Positions 24,901 to 33,689 of a stretch of DNA of 38,506 nucleotides are shown here, piece by piece; position 1 is the stretch's first letter; each line of letters opens with the position of its first letter. Under the pieces are notes generated by a model, which saw only the letters and a list, made by a program, of their open reading frames with translations, had not been told where the DNA came from and ran no database searches. A program made the translations under genes and the position numbers. This stretch comes from Anaerolineae bacterium (GTDB lineage: Bacteria; Chloroflexota; Anaerolineae; Epilineales; Epilineaceae), in assembly GCA_029262755.1 (NCBI GenBank), contig JAJCYU010000156.1, positions 1 through 38,506 on the forward strand. The letters are read 5' to 3'.

Positions 24901-26550
24901 CTCACCGAGCCGCTCGTCTTGGAGCACTGCGCCAGCGCCGTATTCGGTGCCCGCGTGCAGGTCCCGGCCGACGCACTGCCTGGTGCCGCCAATGCACCGG
25001 AGTTACGCATCCGTGCGCGCGAAGGAGCGTCGGTCTCCCTCTCGCTGCCCTTGAAGGCCCGCGCCCCCGCGCCGCTGCTGCTCGTCGATGGTGAGTTCCA
25101 GAGCGAGACGCGCGACGCTTGGTCCGCCGCGCTCGACGAGCTGGGTCTGGTCCACGACCTGTGGGCGCTCGGGGAGGAGAACCCCAGCTGGGAAGCGCGC
25201 CCACCGGACGGCCAACGGCCACCGGACGAGGCGCTGTCGCTCTACCCTGCGGTCTTGTGGTTCGTAGGCTACGACTTTCGCGACCACGGCAACCTGGGGT
25301 CCGCCGGCCAAAAGGCGCTGGCAGCCTACCTCGACCAGGGCGGACGGTTGTTGCTATCCAGCGAGGATTTCTTATGGGCTCGCGGGGAAACGCCTTTCGC
25401 GGGCGAACGGCGCTTCCACCGCGAGTATTTGGGCGTGACCGGCTACGAGGACAATGCGGGCGCCGCCCACCAGGGCCCCCTGACCGGCGCCGAGGCTTCG
25501 ATCTACGAAGGTCTTCGCGGCTGCATGCTCGACCGGCGCGATGTGGACGAAGACCGTTCGGATCGCCTTGAGCTCAAGGCAAGCGGACGACCAGCGCTGC
25601 TCGACATCTTCGACCACCCCGTCGCCGCGCAATTTGCGGGTCGCGATTTTCGCACGGTCTTCCTCGGCCTCGATGCCGGCCGCGGCGACCCGGCGTGCCT
25701 GCAACCGCTGCTCGCGAGTGCCGTTGCATGGTTCGCGCCGCTGGCCGACAGCGAGCTGCTGCTCGTGGACGCCACGGGCCGCCAGACCGATCGCCGCGCC
25801 TATGGCGACGGCGATACCGTGCGCTTGGAGTTGGTCGTGCGCCCCGCCGTAGCGCGCGATGTCGCGGGCGCCGAAATTCGCTGGTCCCTGCCGGAGGGCG
25901 CGTCGCCGCTCACCGGCACGCTACCGAGCGGCTGGACCTGGTCCGAGGCGGAGCGCACGCTCAACTGGCAGGGCGACGTACAACGCGGACGGCCCCTCCG
26001 CGCGGTCGTCGCGCTGCGCATCGATCCCGGCGCACCTGCGCCCGGCGCCATGGTGTCCGAGGCGGTCCTGATCGGCGAGGGCCTGGCAGCCTCGACGCGC
26101 GTAGGTTGGCGGGTAAACGCACCCGATCTCTCCAGCGCGAGCAAGAGTGTCGGCCGTCCAAACGAGCCTTTCGCCTACGGCAGCGAGGTGTCTTTCTTCC
26201 TCAATGTCCGGAACAACGGCACGCGCGCGGCCGACCCCTTCCTGGTCACGGACACGCTGCCCGCCGGCCTGATGTTGGTGCCCGAGAGCTGGATCATCAC
26301 CGCCGGCGCGGGCGAGGTGACGGGCGATCCGGACCAGGGCCGCCTCCACTGGCGCGGCGTGATCCCGCCCGGCGGCCTGGCCGCGCTGTCCTACCGCGCC
26401 CGCGTCGTCACCCACGAGGGCGGTCCGCGCACCAACATCGCGGTCGTCGACGACGGTACGGGCGAGCGGCGCAGCCTCACCGCCTCGGTCTTCGTCTCGC
26501 CGCGCCTCCTGCTGCCATGGGTCGCCAGCGAGATCGACACGGATCCGTAA
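21955..26550 (+). CDS. Large secreted S8 serine protease (bacillopeptidase-F-like) with carboxypeptidase-regulatory-like repeats, a duplicated alpha/beta domain, a DUF11-like domain and an LLLPWV tail
   Basis: GGAG RBS; signal peptide MRASHLLRILGAIALAGVAATA; triad LDSG / HGTHV / GTSMAAPHV; GWGLVDA; DLSSASKSV...VRNNG...VTDTLPAGL. Confidence 0.92.
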   Translation: MRASHLLRILGAIALAGVAATASPVGPADARPEPGPTQRVHGDQAMQRVIVVPRDSAADRALRASTNRMNPQQVDGADPVGSGRAHTPPARDDNAPYRDSDAPAPSTAPLDATRVAAALRRAADQPDDGLRAALAQAVADGDATRLTPLWINGTFALEASASLVAALDARSDVAAVLPDRPLALASAGAPRAVRAGAAGVLMPALTALALPGQSNEAVPVATDPTWSVSAVRAPETWRRLGVDGSGVVVAVLDSGVDYNHPALRTRYRGYRGEGRPDNTNSWWCRSCGNSNIYPYDSAGQAGHGTHVAGSILGGEGFGVAPGAEWIAARACDGTDCSDSTLLAAFQWVLDLGPAAPEVVNTSLVTILDTSTALITPAVEAVEAAGILLVGSTGNDEGPITAPGGLASALGVGATTAAGEMWIKSRWGTSPFGDNKPDVVAPGAGIESAMPGGGMIRQTGTSMAAPHVAGVAALILSAAPDLRPAEVRAVITRTARTLSTSAPNPKSGWGLVDAYGAVKSVSEVGSVTGRVVRTEDGVAIPDAVVRVTDIVRDPVARLTVDSDGRFDIDLRPGSYVLFIEAFGYVSVTRPDIDITADGQIDLGDIALAVETPRGTFSGRLIDGENGAPVTGTLRIEGAPRPLPTDELGFFSVQLPARTYQVDVAELGYRALRDSVKVVAGQTVTRTYRMVPAPRVLLVDGDAWAYGRAAAVIGDSLTRLRYVFDRHHVTDDVGGPGRPGGAPDLATLAGYDLVLWSSAVAGPAHVRGAGALSAYLEQGGKLLLSGQDALCVDAGVDTGRRPCDDRARPHPYVRDRLHLRVVADASASRIVHGLDSGPLAGITLTLNGPGSLDNQDATDVLASIDDLHTDLIARYDNGGGAAALVARCESHRSVALGFGIEGIAGDEVRDVVVARLMDALVAPEPAHAAFVRPVVDTLIRAPGRTADFTVTLTSTGVEATTFDLDVDGSTGWPAELRTAGFGEVLTEPLVLEHCASAVFGARVQVPADALPGAANAPELRIRAREGASVSLSLPLKARAPAPLLLVDGEFQSETRDAWSAALDELGLVHDLWALGEENPSWEARPPDGQRPPDEALSLYPAVLWFVGYDFRDHGNLGSAGQKALAAYLDQGGRLLLSSEDFLWARGETPFAGERRFHREYLGVTGYEDNAGAAHQGPLTGAEASIYEGLRGCMLDRRDVDEDRSDRLELKASGRPALLDIFDHPVAAQFAGRDFRTVFLGLDAGRGDPACLQPLLASAVAWFAPLADSELLLVDATGRQTDRRAYGDGDTVRLELVVRPAVARDVAGAEIRWSLPEGASPLTGTLPSGWTWSEAERTLNWQGDVQRGRPLRAVVALRIDPGAPAPGAMVSEAVLIGEGLAASTRVGWRVNAPDLSSASKSVGRPNEPFAYGSEVSFFLNVRNNGTRAADPFLVTDTLPAGLMLVPESWIITAGAGEVTGDPDQGRLHWRGVIPPGGLAALSYRARVVTHEGGPRTNIAVVDDGTGERRSLTASVFVSPRLLLPWVASEIDTDP

Positions 26551-26655
26551 TCCCGGCGACAGCGGCCCCTGATCCAAGCGACCTTGCCCCCTGACCCAAA
26601 CGTCGCCCAGGCACCCCTTCAGTCGATGCGACCGCGCAATGCGCCGCGGCACCCG

Positions 26656-26684
26656 TTGGCCGGCCATGGGGCGCGGCTTATAAT
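26656..26684 (+). promoter_or_regulatory. Sigma70-type promoter TTGGCC-N17-TATAAT for the coiled-coil/selB/GT operon
   Basis: TTGGCC at 26656-26661, TATAAT at 26679-26684. Confidence 0.7.
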
Positions 26685-26742
26685 CGGTCGCCGCCGCCGC
26701 CGCCAGCCGCCGCCGCCAGCCGATCGTGCCCGGGAGCGACCG

Positions 26743-27975
26743 ATGGACGCCCAAGCCCTGACGACCACCGATCGCATCGAGCAGCTCGAGGACCGCACCG
26801 CCGGTTCCGCGAGCGAGCTCGAGCGCCTGAGCGCCGCCGTAACGGCCATGGACGCACGCTTGGCCGCCATGGAACGCGGTGTAGCCGCGATGCGCGAGGC
26901 GCAGGAGAGCGTCGCCGGCCGCTTGGAGCATGTGGCCGCCTCCCTTGATCACAGTGGCCGGATCGACGCCCTGGAAGAGCGCTTCGGCGCCGCCCGAGCA
27001 GCCACGGAGAACACCGCGGACCGCTTGGAACGTCTGGCCTCGGAGGTCACGCGCCAGGCCGGACTCGAGAACAGCATGGTCCACCTGCGCTCGGAGCTGG
27101 CGGAGCAGCTCGCCGAGCACGCGGAAGAGGCGCGGGTAGCCGCCAAATCCGGCGGGATCGAGTTGAGCCGGCAGGTCGAGAGCACGCGAAGGTTGCAAGA
27201 AGAGCAGCAAGCGCGCTTGGAACACCTGACGCCTCTCGTCGATCGCATGACCAACGCGGAGCGCCGCGTGACCGAGGTCGGTCGCGAGATCGGCGGGCTC
27301 GCGGTGCGCATCGACGAGGTGGCGGACGAACGTGCCGGACTGCGGGAGATCGCACAGCGCAGCGAGCAGCACGCCGCGTCGCGCATCACGGAGCTCACGG
27401 GGATCACGGACGATCTGCGCACGGAGGTTGCGGCCTGGACGAAGCGCATCGAAGGCCAGTCGGAAGCCGTCCGCGAGGCCCAGGCCATCGCCGCCCGTCT
27501 TCAAGAGACGGCGGAGCGCATGCGTGCCGAGCACAGCCAGACCGCGGAAGCACAGCGGATCGCGGAGGCGCGCGTTGAAAAGTCCCTGGAACAGATTCGC
27601 CAAGAGCAGGTTGACGCGTGGGAGATCTTCACAGCGCAACGCGCCAAGGAACGAACCGAGGCCGACCGCGTGCGACAATCGCGCGAGGAGCAGGACCGCG
27701 AGGCGCTTGCCGAGGATTTGGAGCAGCGGGAGGCGCGCGTGCGCGGAACCATTGCGGAGCTGGAGGGTCGGCTGGAGCAAGACGTGCTGGCGCTGGACGT
27801 GTTTCGCCGCGCGATGGCTGAGATCCTTGTTCGCGCGCGGGACGACAACGAAGAAGCTGTGCGCTCCATGGAGGCCCTCCTGCCGGGCTCCGCGCAGCCG
27901 GCGCTCGTATCGGAGCGCCGGCAGGCCCTGCGACGCGCGATGCGCGCGCGGCGCGAGGGCAACGAGGGGCACTAG
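26743..27975 (+). CDS. Long all-helical coiled-coil protein of unknown function (~410 aa)
   Basis: GGGAG RBS before ATG 26743; E/R/A/L-rich heptad pattern throughout, few prolines, no hydrophobic membrane segment. Confidence 0.85.
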   Translation: MDAQALTTTDRIEQLEDRTAGSASELERLSAAVTAMDARLAAMERGVAAMREAQESVAGRLEHVAASLDHSGRIDALEERFGAARAATENTADRLERLASEVTRQAGLENSMVHLRSELAEQLAEHAEEARVAAKSGGIELSRQVESTRRLQEEQQARLEHLTPLVDRMTNAERRVTEVGREIGGLAVRIDEVADERAGLREIAQRSEQHAASRITELTGITDDLRTEVAAWTKRIEGQSEAVREAQAIAARLQETAERMRAEHSQTAEAQRIAEARVEKSLEQIRQEQVDAWEIFTAQRAKERTEADRVRQSREEQDREALAEDLEQREARVRGTIAELEGRLEQDVLALDVFRRAMAEILVRARDDNEEAVRSMEALLPGSAQPALVSERRQALRRAMRARREGNEGH

Positions 27976-27978
27976 CGG

Positions 27979-29907
27979 ATGCCGCCTGAGGAACACGGCA
28001 CCGACACGACGCCCGAACGGGTGGTCGTCGTGGGCACCTCCGGGCATGTCGATCACGGCAAGAGCACGTTGGTGCGCGCCCTCACCGGCACGGACCCTGA
28101 CCGGCTGGCCGAGGAAAAGGCACGCGGCCTGACCATCGAGCTCGGCTTCGCCTTCCGCGATCTACCCAGCGGCCGCGTGGCGAGCTTCGTGGACGTTCCC
28201 GGCCACGAGGATTTCATCCGCAACGCGCTTGCCGGCGCGGGCGGCATCGATGCCGCGCTGCTGATCGTGGCGGCCGATGAAGGCCCGATGCCGCAGACCC
28301 TCGAGCATCTGGCCATCCTCGATCTGGTCGGCGTGACCCACGCCATCGCGGTGATCAGCAAAGCCGATCTCGTGGAGCCGGATTGGCTGGAGTTGGTGCG
28401 TGAGGAGGTAGCCGAGTTGCTGGCGGGCACGCGTCTGGCCGGCTCCGCCGTGCTGCCGGTTAGTGCAAGTTCGGGCGCCGGCATCCCCGAGCTCGTCGAC
28501 GCCTTGGACGCCCTGCTCGCCGACGTGCCCGCACCGCGCGACGTGGGGCGGCCACGGTTATCGGTCGACCGCGTGTTCACCCTGGCCGGCTTCGGCACCG
28601 TCGTCACCGGCACGCTGCGCGACGGCTCGCTGCGCGCCGGAGAAGCGCTCACGGTCCAGCCCTCCGGCTTGACGGTGCGCACCCGCGGCGTACACAGCCA
28701 CGGCCGCGCGGTGGAAACCGCGCTGCCGGGCACCCGCACCGCCGTGAACCTGGCCGGCATCGACGTAGACGCCATCGAGCGCGGCGACGTGCTGATCCCG
28801 CCCGACAGCTACCAACCGACCCGCTTGATCGACGTCGCCGCCGAGGTGCTGCCGGAAGCCGTGGCCGCTATCGAGCACGACCGGCAGGTGGCGATCTTTC
28901 ACGGCGCGAGCGAGATCCTCGGCCGCGTGCGGCTGATCGATGCCGAGATCATCGAGCCCGGCGGCCGCGGCTGGCTGCAGCTGCACCTCGCGCGCCCCAC
29001 GGTCTTGGCCGCGGGCGACCGGATCGTGCTGCGCCTGCCCTCGCCCAGCCGCACCATCGGCGGTGGCGTCGTGCTCGACCCGCGCCCGCGACGGATGTGG
29101 CGGCGCTTCGACCCGGTTGTCGCAGAGCGCTTCGCCGCCCTCGCCGAGGGCTCACGCGAAGAGCGAGCCTGGTGGATGCTGCGCGAGCGTGAGCCGACGC
29201 GGGCGCAGGACATGCCGCCGCCTGACACGGGGCTTGAACCCGACGTGCGCGACGCGGCGCTCACCGCTCTTGCCGCGGACGGCCGTGCCATCGCCCTGGG
29301 CACATCGAGCTTGTGGATGACCGATGCCGGCTTGCGTACCGTGCAGGAACGCGCCCGCAGCCTCCTCGCCGAATACCACGCCCGTCATCCGCTGCGCGTC
29401 GGTCCACCGCGCGAAGAGTTGCGCGAGCGCCTCGACCTCTCGGCCGAGGCCTTCGCGGCCCTCCTCGCCCATGCAGAGACCGAGGGCTGGCTGACGCTCG
29501 ACGGAGGCCGCCCGCGCCTGCCCGAGCACAACGTCCGCTACTCCACCGAGGCCGCCGCGGCGCGTGACGCGTTGCTCACACGCTTCCGAGCCGCGCCCTT
29601 CGCGCCTCCGTCCACCGCGGACGCCCGCGCCGCCGTGGGCAACGAGGTACTCGAGGCGCTCCTGACCCAGGGCGATCTGGTCGCGGTCACCTCCGATGTG
29701 CTCTTCGACCGAGCGGGATTCCAGACGCTGCACGACTGGGTGATCGAGCACGTCGAGACGTCCGGCCAGGTTACGGTGGGCGATCTGCGCGACAAATTCG
29801 ACACGAGCCGCAAATACGCCCTCGGTCTGCTCGAGCACCTCGACCGCATCCACGTCACCCGCCGCGTGGGCGATGCACGCGTTCTGGCGCGCGAGAGCGG
29901 CGCGTGA
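27979..29907 (+). CDS. selB: Selenocysteine-specific translation elongation factor SelB
   Basis: GTSGHVDHGKS, DRLAEEKARGLTIELGF, DVPGHE, DRVFTLAGFGTVVTGT; C-terminal winged helix LRDKFDTSRKYALGLLEHLD. Confidence 0.97.
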   Translation: MPPEEHGTDTTPERVVVVGTSGHVDHGKSTLVRALTGTDPDRLAEEKARGLTIELGFAFRDLPSGRVASFVDVPGHEDFIRNALAGAGGIDAALLIVAADEGPMPQTLEHLAILDLVGVTHAIAVISKADLVEPDWLELVREEVAELLAGTRLAGSAVLPVSASSGAGIPELVDALDALLADVPAPRDVGRPRLSVDRVFTLAGFGTVVTGTLRDGSLRAGEALTVQPSGLTVRTRGVHSHGRAVETALPGTRTAVNLAGIDVDAIERGDVLIPPDSYQPTRLIDVAAEVLPEAVAAIEHDRQVAIFHGASEILGRVRLIDAEIIEPGGRGWLQLHLARPTVLAAGDRIVLRLPSPSRTIGGGVVLDPRPRRMWRRFDPVVAERFAALAEGSREERAWWMLREREPTRAQDMPPPDTGLEPDVRDAALTALAADGRAIALGTSSLWMTDAGLRTVQERARSLLAEYHARHPLRVGPPREELRERLDLSAEAFAALLAHAETEGWLTLDGGRPRLPEHNVRYSTEAAAARDALLTRFRAAPFAPPSTADARAAVGNEVLEALLTQGDLVAVTSDVLFDRAGFQTLHDWVIEHVETSGQVTVGDLRDKFDTSRKYALGLLEHLDRIHVTRRVGDARVLARESGA

Positions 29908-30980
29908 ACATCGTTATCGTGAACTACAACACGCGGGCCCACCTTGCCGCGTGCCTGACCTCCTTGGCCGAGGGCGGTCTGGACGGCGTCGCGGCCGACG
30001 TGTGGGTGGTCGACAACGGCTCGACGGATGCCAGCGCGCACATGGTGCGAGCGCGCTTCCCCTGGGTGCGCTTGATCGAGAGCGAGGGCAACGTCGGCTT
30101 TTCGGGCGGCAATAACCTGGCCCTGCGCGCCGCCGGCTACCCCGAGCGGCCCGTCGCGCGCGACGCCGCTCCCGAGCGGCCGGCGCTGCTGCTAAACCCG
30201 GACACCGTGGTGCCCGCCGGTGCGCTCGCCGCGCTGCGCGCCGTGCTGGACGACGAGCCGGAGGTCGGCATCGTGGGCCCGCAGCTGGTGTTGGAAGACG
30301 GTTCGTTGGACCTGGCCTGCCGCCGCGCCTTCCCCACACCGGAGGTCGCCTTCTACCGCTTCAGCGGCCTATCCCGTCTCTTTCCGCGCAGCCGGCGCTT
30401 CGGACGCTACAACATGACCTTCCTCGGTCGCGACGAGCCCGCCGACGTGGACGCCGTCGTGGGCGCCTGCATGCTCGTGCGCGGCGCCGCCATCGCCGAC
30501 GTCGGGCTGCTCGACGAACGCTTCTGGATGTACGGTGAGGACCTGGACTGGGCGCTGCGGATCCGCGCCGCGGGCTGGCGCGTGGTCTACCGCCCGCACG
30601 TGATCGTCCACCACGTAAAGCGCGCCGCCTCACGCGCAAGCAACAAGGCGGCCTTCGAATTCCAACGCGCGATGTGGCTCTTCTACCACAAGCATTACCG
30701 CGCCACGACCCCCCGCTGGATCGACACCTGCGTCCTGCTCGGCCTGACGCTGCGCGGCGGCCAACGCTTGGCGCGCGAGATGTGGTCCGCGGACGGGCCC
30801 GGCGACCTGCCCGGCTTAGCAGGCGATGGGTCAGCCGATAGCGCGAACGACCCGTCGGCAGACCCTGGCGCGGGTCGTAGCGACGCGCGCTTCCACGCCG
30901 GTTCCCACAACCCTTCCGACGACCCTTCCGCCGTCGAGCAGCGCACCCCATCCTCGCCACCGTCCCCTCCCTCCCCATGA
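29904..30980 (+). CDS. Glycosyltransferase family 2 (WbbL/rhamnosyltransferase-like) with low-complexity C-terminal tail
   Basis: IVIVNYN, VVDNGSTD, NVGFSGGNN, LLNPDT, GACML, DERFWMYGEDLDW; GTGA overlap with selB. Confidence 0.93.
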   Translation: MNIVIVNYNTRAHLAACLTSLAEGGLDGVAADVWVVDNGSTDASAHMVRARFPWVRLIESEGNVGFSGGNNLALRAAGYPERPVARDAAPERPALLLNPDTVVPAGALAALRAVLDDEPEVGIVGPQLVLEDGSLDLACRRAFPTPEVAFYRFSGLSRLFPRSRRFGRYNMTFLGRDEPADVDAVVGACMLVRGAAIADVGLLDERFWMYGEDLDWALRIRAAGWRVVYRPHVIVHHVKRAASRASNKAAFEFQRAMWLFYHKHYRATTPRWIDTCVLLGLTLRGGQRLAREMWSADGPGDLPGLAGDGSADSANDPSADPGAGRSDARFHAGSHNPSDDPSAVEQRTPSSPPSPPSP

Positions 30981-32383
30981 GCGTTCACCGCACCGCGCTG
31001 GAGCGGATCTCCCTGCTCGCCATCGACGTGGCCGCATTGGCCGCCGGGGTGCGTCTGGCCTATGCGGCCTACGCACGCACCTTGATCGGCGGCGCACAGC
31101 GCGTGCCGCCCTACTCGGCCTTCACCACCTTAATCGCGGTGCACGTGGTGGTGCTGGTCGTCGTCTTCTTCTTCCAGCAGCTCTACCACCAGCCGCGCGG
31201 AGTTTCGCGCCTCGATCTAGCGGGCCGCCTCTTTCGCGGCGTTTCGATCGGGCTGGTCATCGCCTTCGCCGTCGCGAGCTTCGTCAGCCCTTCGCTGTCC
31301 GGTCTGGAGGCGCTGCGCTTCTTCCTGGTCTACACCTGGCTGGCCTCGCTGCTGACCGTGGGCGTCGCGCGCATGCTGCACCGCGGGATCTGGAGCGGCC
31401 TACGCCGCATCGGCGTCGGCCGCCTGCGCGTGCTCGTGGTGGGCGCCGGACCCGCGGGGCGCGATCTCGTGGCCCGTATCCACCGCCGCCCATGGCTGGG
31501 CTACGAGCTCGTCGGCCTGCTCGACGACACGCCCGGCCGCACCCGCGTGCGCGGCGTGCCCGTGGTCGGGCGCACGGCCGAGCTCGGCATCCTCGTCGAT
31601 CGCCTCTCCGTAGACGAGGTGCTGATCGCCCTGCCGGGCGCCACACGCTCCGAGCTGGTCGCGTTGGTCAGCCAATGCGGGCGTGAGGGGACGACGATCA
31701 AGATCCTGCCCGACGTCTTCCACCTGATGACCACCGAGGTCCAGGTCAGCGACCTGGACGGCCTACCGCTGCTGGCCATCCGCGACGTCGCCCTGCGCGG
31801 GTGGCGGCGCAGCCTGAAGCGCACCCTCGACATCACCTTGAGCGGGCTGGCACTCGTGTTCTTGTCGCCCATCATCCTGCTGCTCGCGCTGCTGGTGAAG
31901 TTCGAATCACGCGGCCCGGCCTTCTACGTGCAAGAGCGCATGGGGCTGGACATGCGGCCCTTCCCGATCATCAAGCTACGCTCCATGCGCCCCGACGCCG
32001 AGGCCAGCTCCGGCGCGGTCTGGGCCCGACGCGGCGATCCCCGCGTCACCCGCCTTGGCGCTTTCATGCGCCGCACGAACCTCGACGAGCTGCCGCAGCT
32101 GGTCAACGTGCTGCTCGGCCACATGAGCCTGGTGGGGCCGCGCCCGGAGCGCCCGCAATTCGTGGCCGAATTCCGCCGCCATATCCCTCGCTACGCCGAG
32201 CGCCACCGCGAACGGGGCGGCATCACGGGCTGGGCGCAGGTCAACGGCCTGCGCGGGAACACCTCGATCGAGGAACGCACCAAGTACGACCTGTTCTACA
32301 TCGAGAACTGGTCCATCCTCTTCGACCTGAAGATCCTCTTCCGCACGGTGATCAACTCCTTCCGCGATCCGAACGCGTACTAA
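30977..32383 (+). CDS. Undecaprenyl-phosphate sugar phosphotransferase (priming glycosyltransferase, WcaJ/WbaP family)
   Basis: N-terminal TM helices; VLVVGAG Rossmann-like domain; KRTLDI, KLRSM, LDELPQLVNVLLGHMSLVGPRPE, GITGWAQVNG, DLFYIENWS. Confidence 0.95.
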   Translation: MSVHRTALERISLLAIDVAALAAGVRLAYAAYARTLIGGAQRVPPYSAFTTLIAVHVVVLVVVFFFQQLYHQPRGVSRLDLAGRLFRGVSIGLVIAFAVASFVSPSLSGLEALRFFLVYTWLASLLTVGVARMLHRGIWSGLRRIGVGRLRVLVVGAGPAGRDLVARIHRRPWLGYELVGLLDDTPGRTRVRGVPVVGRTAELGILVDRLSVDEVLIALPGATRSELVALVSQCGREGTTIKILPDVFHLMTTEVQVSDLDGLPLLAIRDVALRGWRRSLKRTLDITLSGLALVFLSPIILLLALLVKFESRGPAFYVQERMGLDMRPFPIIKLRSMRPDAEASSGAVWARRGDPRVTRLGAFMRRTNLDELPQLVNVLLGHMSLVGPRPERPQFVAEFRRHIPRYAERHRERGGITGWAQVNGLRGNTSIEERTKYDLFYIENWSILFDLKILFRTVINSFRDPNAY

Positions 32384-32493
32384 TGCGTGTCTTCCAACCC
32401 CTCTTCGAACGCGCGGACGCTCGAATAGGAGTCTGCAGGCACGCTCGATGGCGCCTACTACGGGTGGCCGACGACGCGCGCTCGGCGACGCGA

Positions 32494-32522
32494 TTGACGC
32501 CGCGCCCGGCCCGTCCTACCGT
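32494..32522 (+). promoter_or_regulatory. Sigma70-type promoter TTGACG-N17-TACCGT giving a leaderless hrcA mRNA
   Basis: TTGACG at 32494-32499, TACCGT at 32517-32522, ATG at 32529. Confidence 0.65.
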
Positions 32523-32528
32523 TGCCCC

Positions 32529-33689
32529 ATGACGAGCGAGCGCGACGACCTACTCGGGAACGATGTGCCCTCGAAGCGAAGGGCTTCGAATCCCGTTCCC
32601 TCGAGTCCTGTCCCCCCTAGCGATCTGCCCATGACCGAGCGCCGCTCGCGGATCCTCGCGCTGGTCGTACGCGAGCACGTGCGCCGCGCCCTCCCCGTGG
32701 CCTCCGGTGCATTGGTCCGCCACCACGAGCTCGACTGCAGCGCCGCGACCGTGCGCAGCGAGATGGCGGCGCTCGAAGAGATGGGCCTGCTCTCCCAGCC
32801 GCATACCTCCGCCGGCCGCGTCCCGACGGTGGCGGGCTACCGCTTCTTCGTCGAGCGCCTGATGCACAACGCGGGCCTTCCCGAGCACCACAAGCGCACG
32901 ATCCGCCACCAATTCCATCAGGCCGGCTGGGACCCCGAACGATGGATGCGCCTCTCGGCTGCCGTCGTGGCCCGCTCCTGCGGCGCCGCCGGCCTTGTCG
33001 CAGCACCCCGCGGTGGCAGCGTAGCCATCCGTCGTCTGGAGCTGGTCGATATGGGCTCCGGCAACGTCCAGGTCGTCGCGCTGCTCGACGACGGCCTCGT
33101 GCACCAGGCCCGCTGGCGCCCGGCGCACGCCTACACCCAAGCCGCGCTCGACCAGATCGCGCACGCGCTCAACGAAGACCGGGTCTGGGGGCCGCCCGAA
33201 GGCGCGACGACGCCCACGCGCGCAGGCGGCCCCTTCTCCGATGCCTCCACGCCCGCCCGGCCTTTGTCCCTGGCCGCCGAAGCCAAGGCCGCCGTCGACG
33301 AACTCGCCGGCCGTGCCAGCCAACCCGCGGCGCCCCGGTTGTACCACGCGGGCCTGTCGCAGATCCTCGTTGCGCCGGAGTTGGCCGATGGCGATCGCCT
33401 GCGTGAGGTCGTGGCGCTCCTCGAACACGGCCGCGGCCTCGAGTCGATCCTTGGCGGCCTACCACCCGGCGGCGTGCACGTGTTCATCGGCGGCGAGCCG
33501 CCCTTGGAACGCGTGCCCTACCTCACCCTCGTCCTCTCGCGCTTCGGCCGCGCACGCACACCGGCCGGCGTCCTCGGCGTCGTCGGCCCGACCCGCATCG
33601 CTTACGAGCGCGCCGTACCCACCGTGGGCTTCGTCGCCGACCTCATGACGCGCATGCTCGCCGGCGACCCGGAGCCGGAAGCAGCGTAG
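32529..33689 (+). CDS. hrcA: Heat-inducible transcription repressor HrcA (alternative start ATG 32631)
   Basis: SAATVRSEMAALEEMGLLSQPHTSAGRVPT, GYRFFV, GVLGVVGPTRIAY. Confidence 0.96.
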   Translation: MTSERDDLLGNDVPSKRRASNPVPSSPVPPSDLPMTERRSRILALVVREHVRRALPVASGALVRHHELDCSAATVRSEMAALEEMGLLSQPHTSAGRVPTVAGYRFFVERLMHNAGLPEHHKRTIRHQFHQAGWDPERWMRLSAAVVARSCGAAGLVAAPRGGSVAIRRLELVDMGSGNVQVVALLDDGLVHQARWRPAHAYTQAALDQIAHALNEDRVWGPPEGATTPTRAGGPFSDASTPARPLSLAAEAKAAVDELAGRASQPAAPRLYHAGLSQILVAPELADGDRLREVVALLEHGRGLESILGGLPPGGVHVFIGGEPPLERVPYLTLVLSRFGRARTPAGVLGVVGPTRIAYERAVPTVGFVADLMTRMLAGDPEPEAA

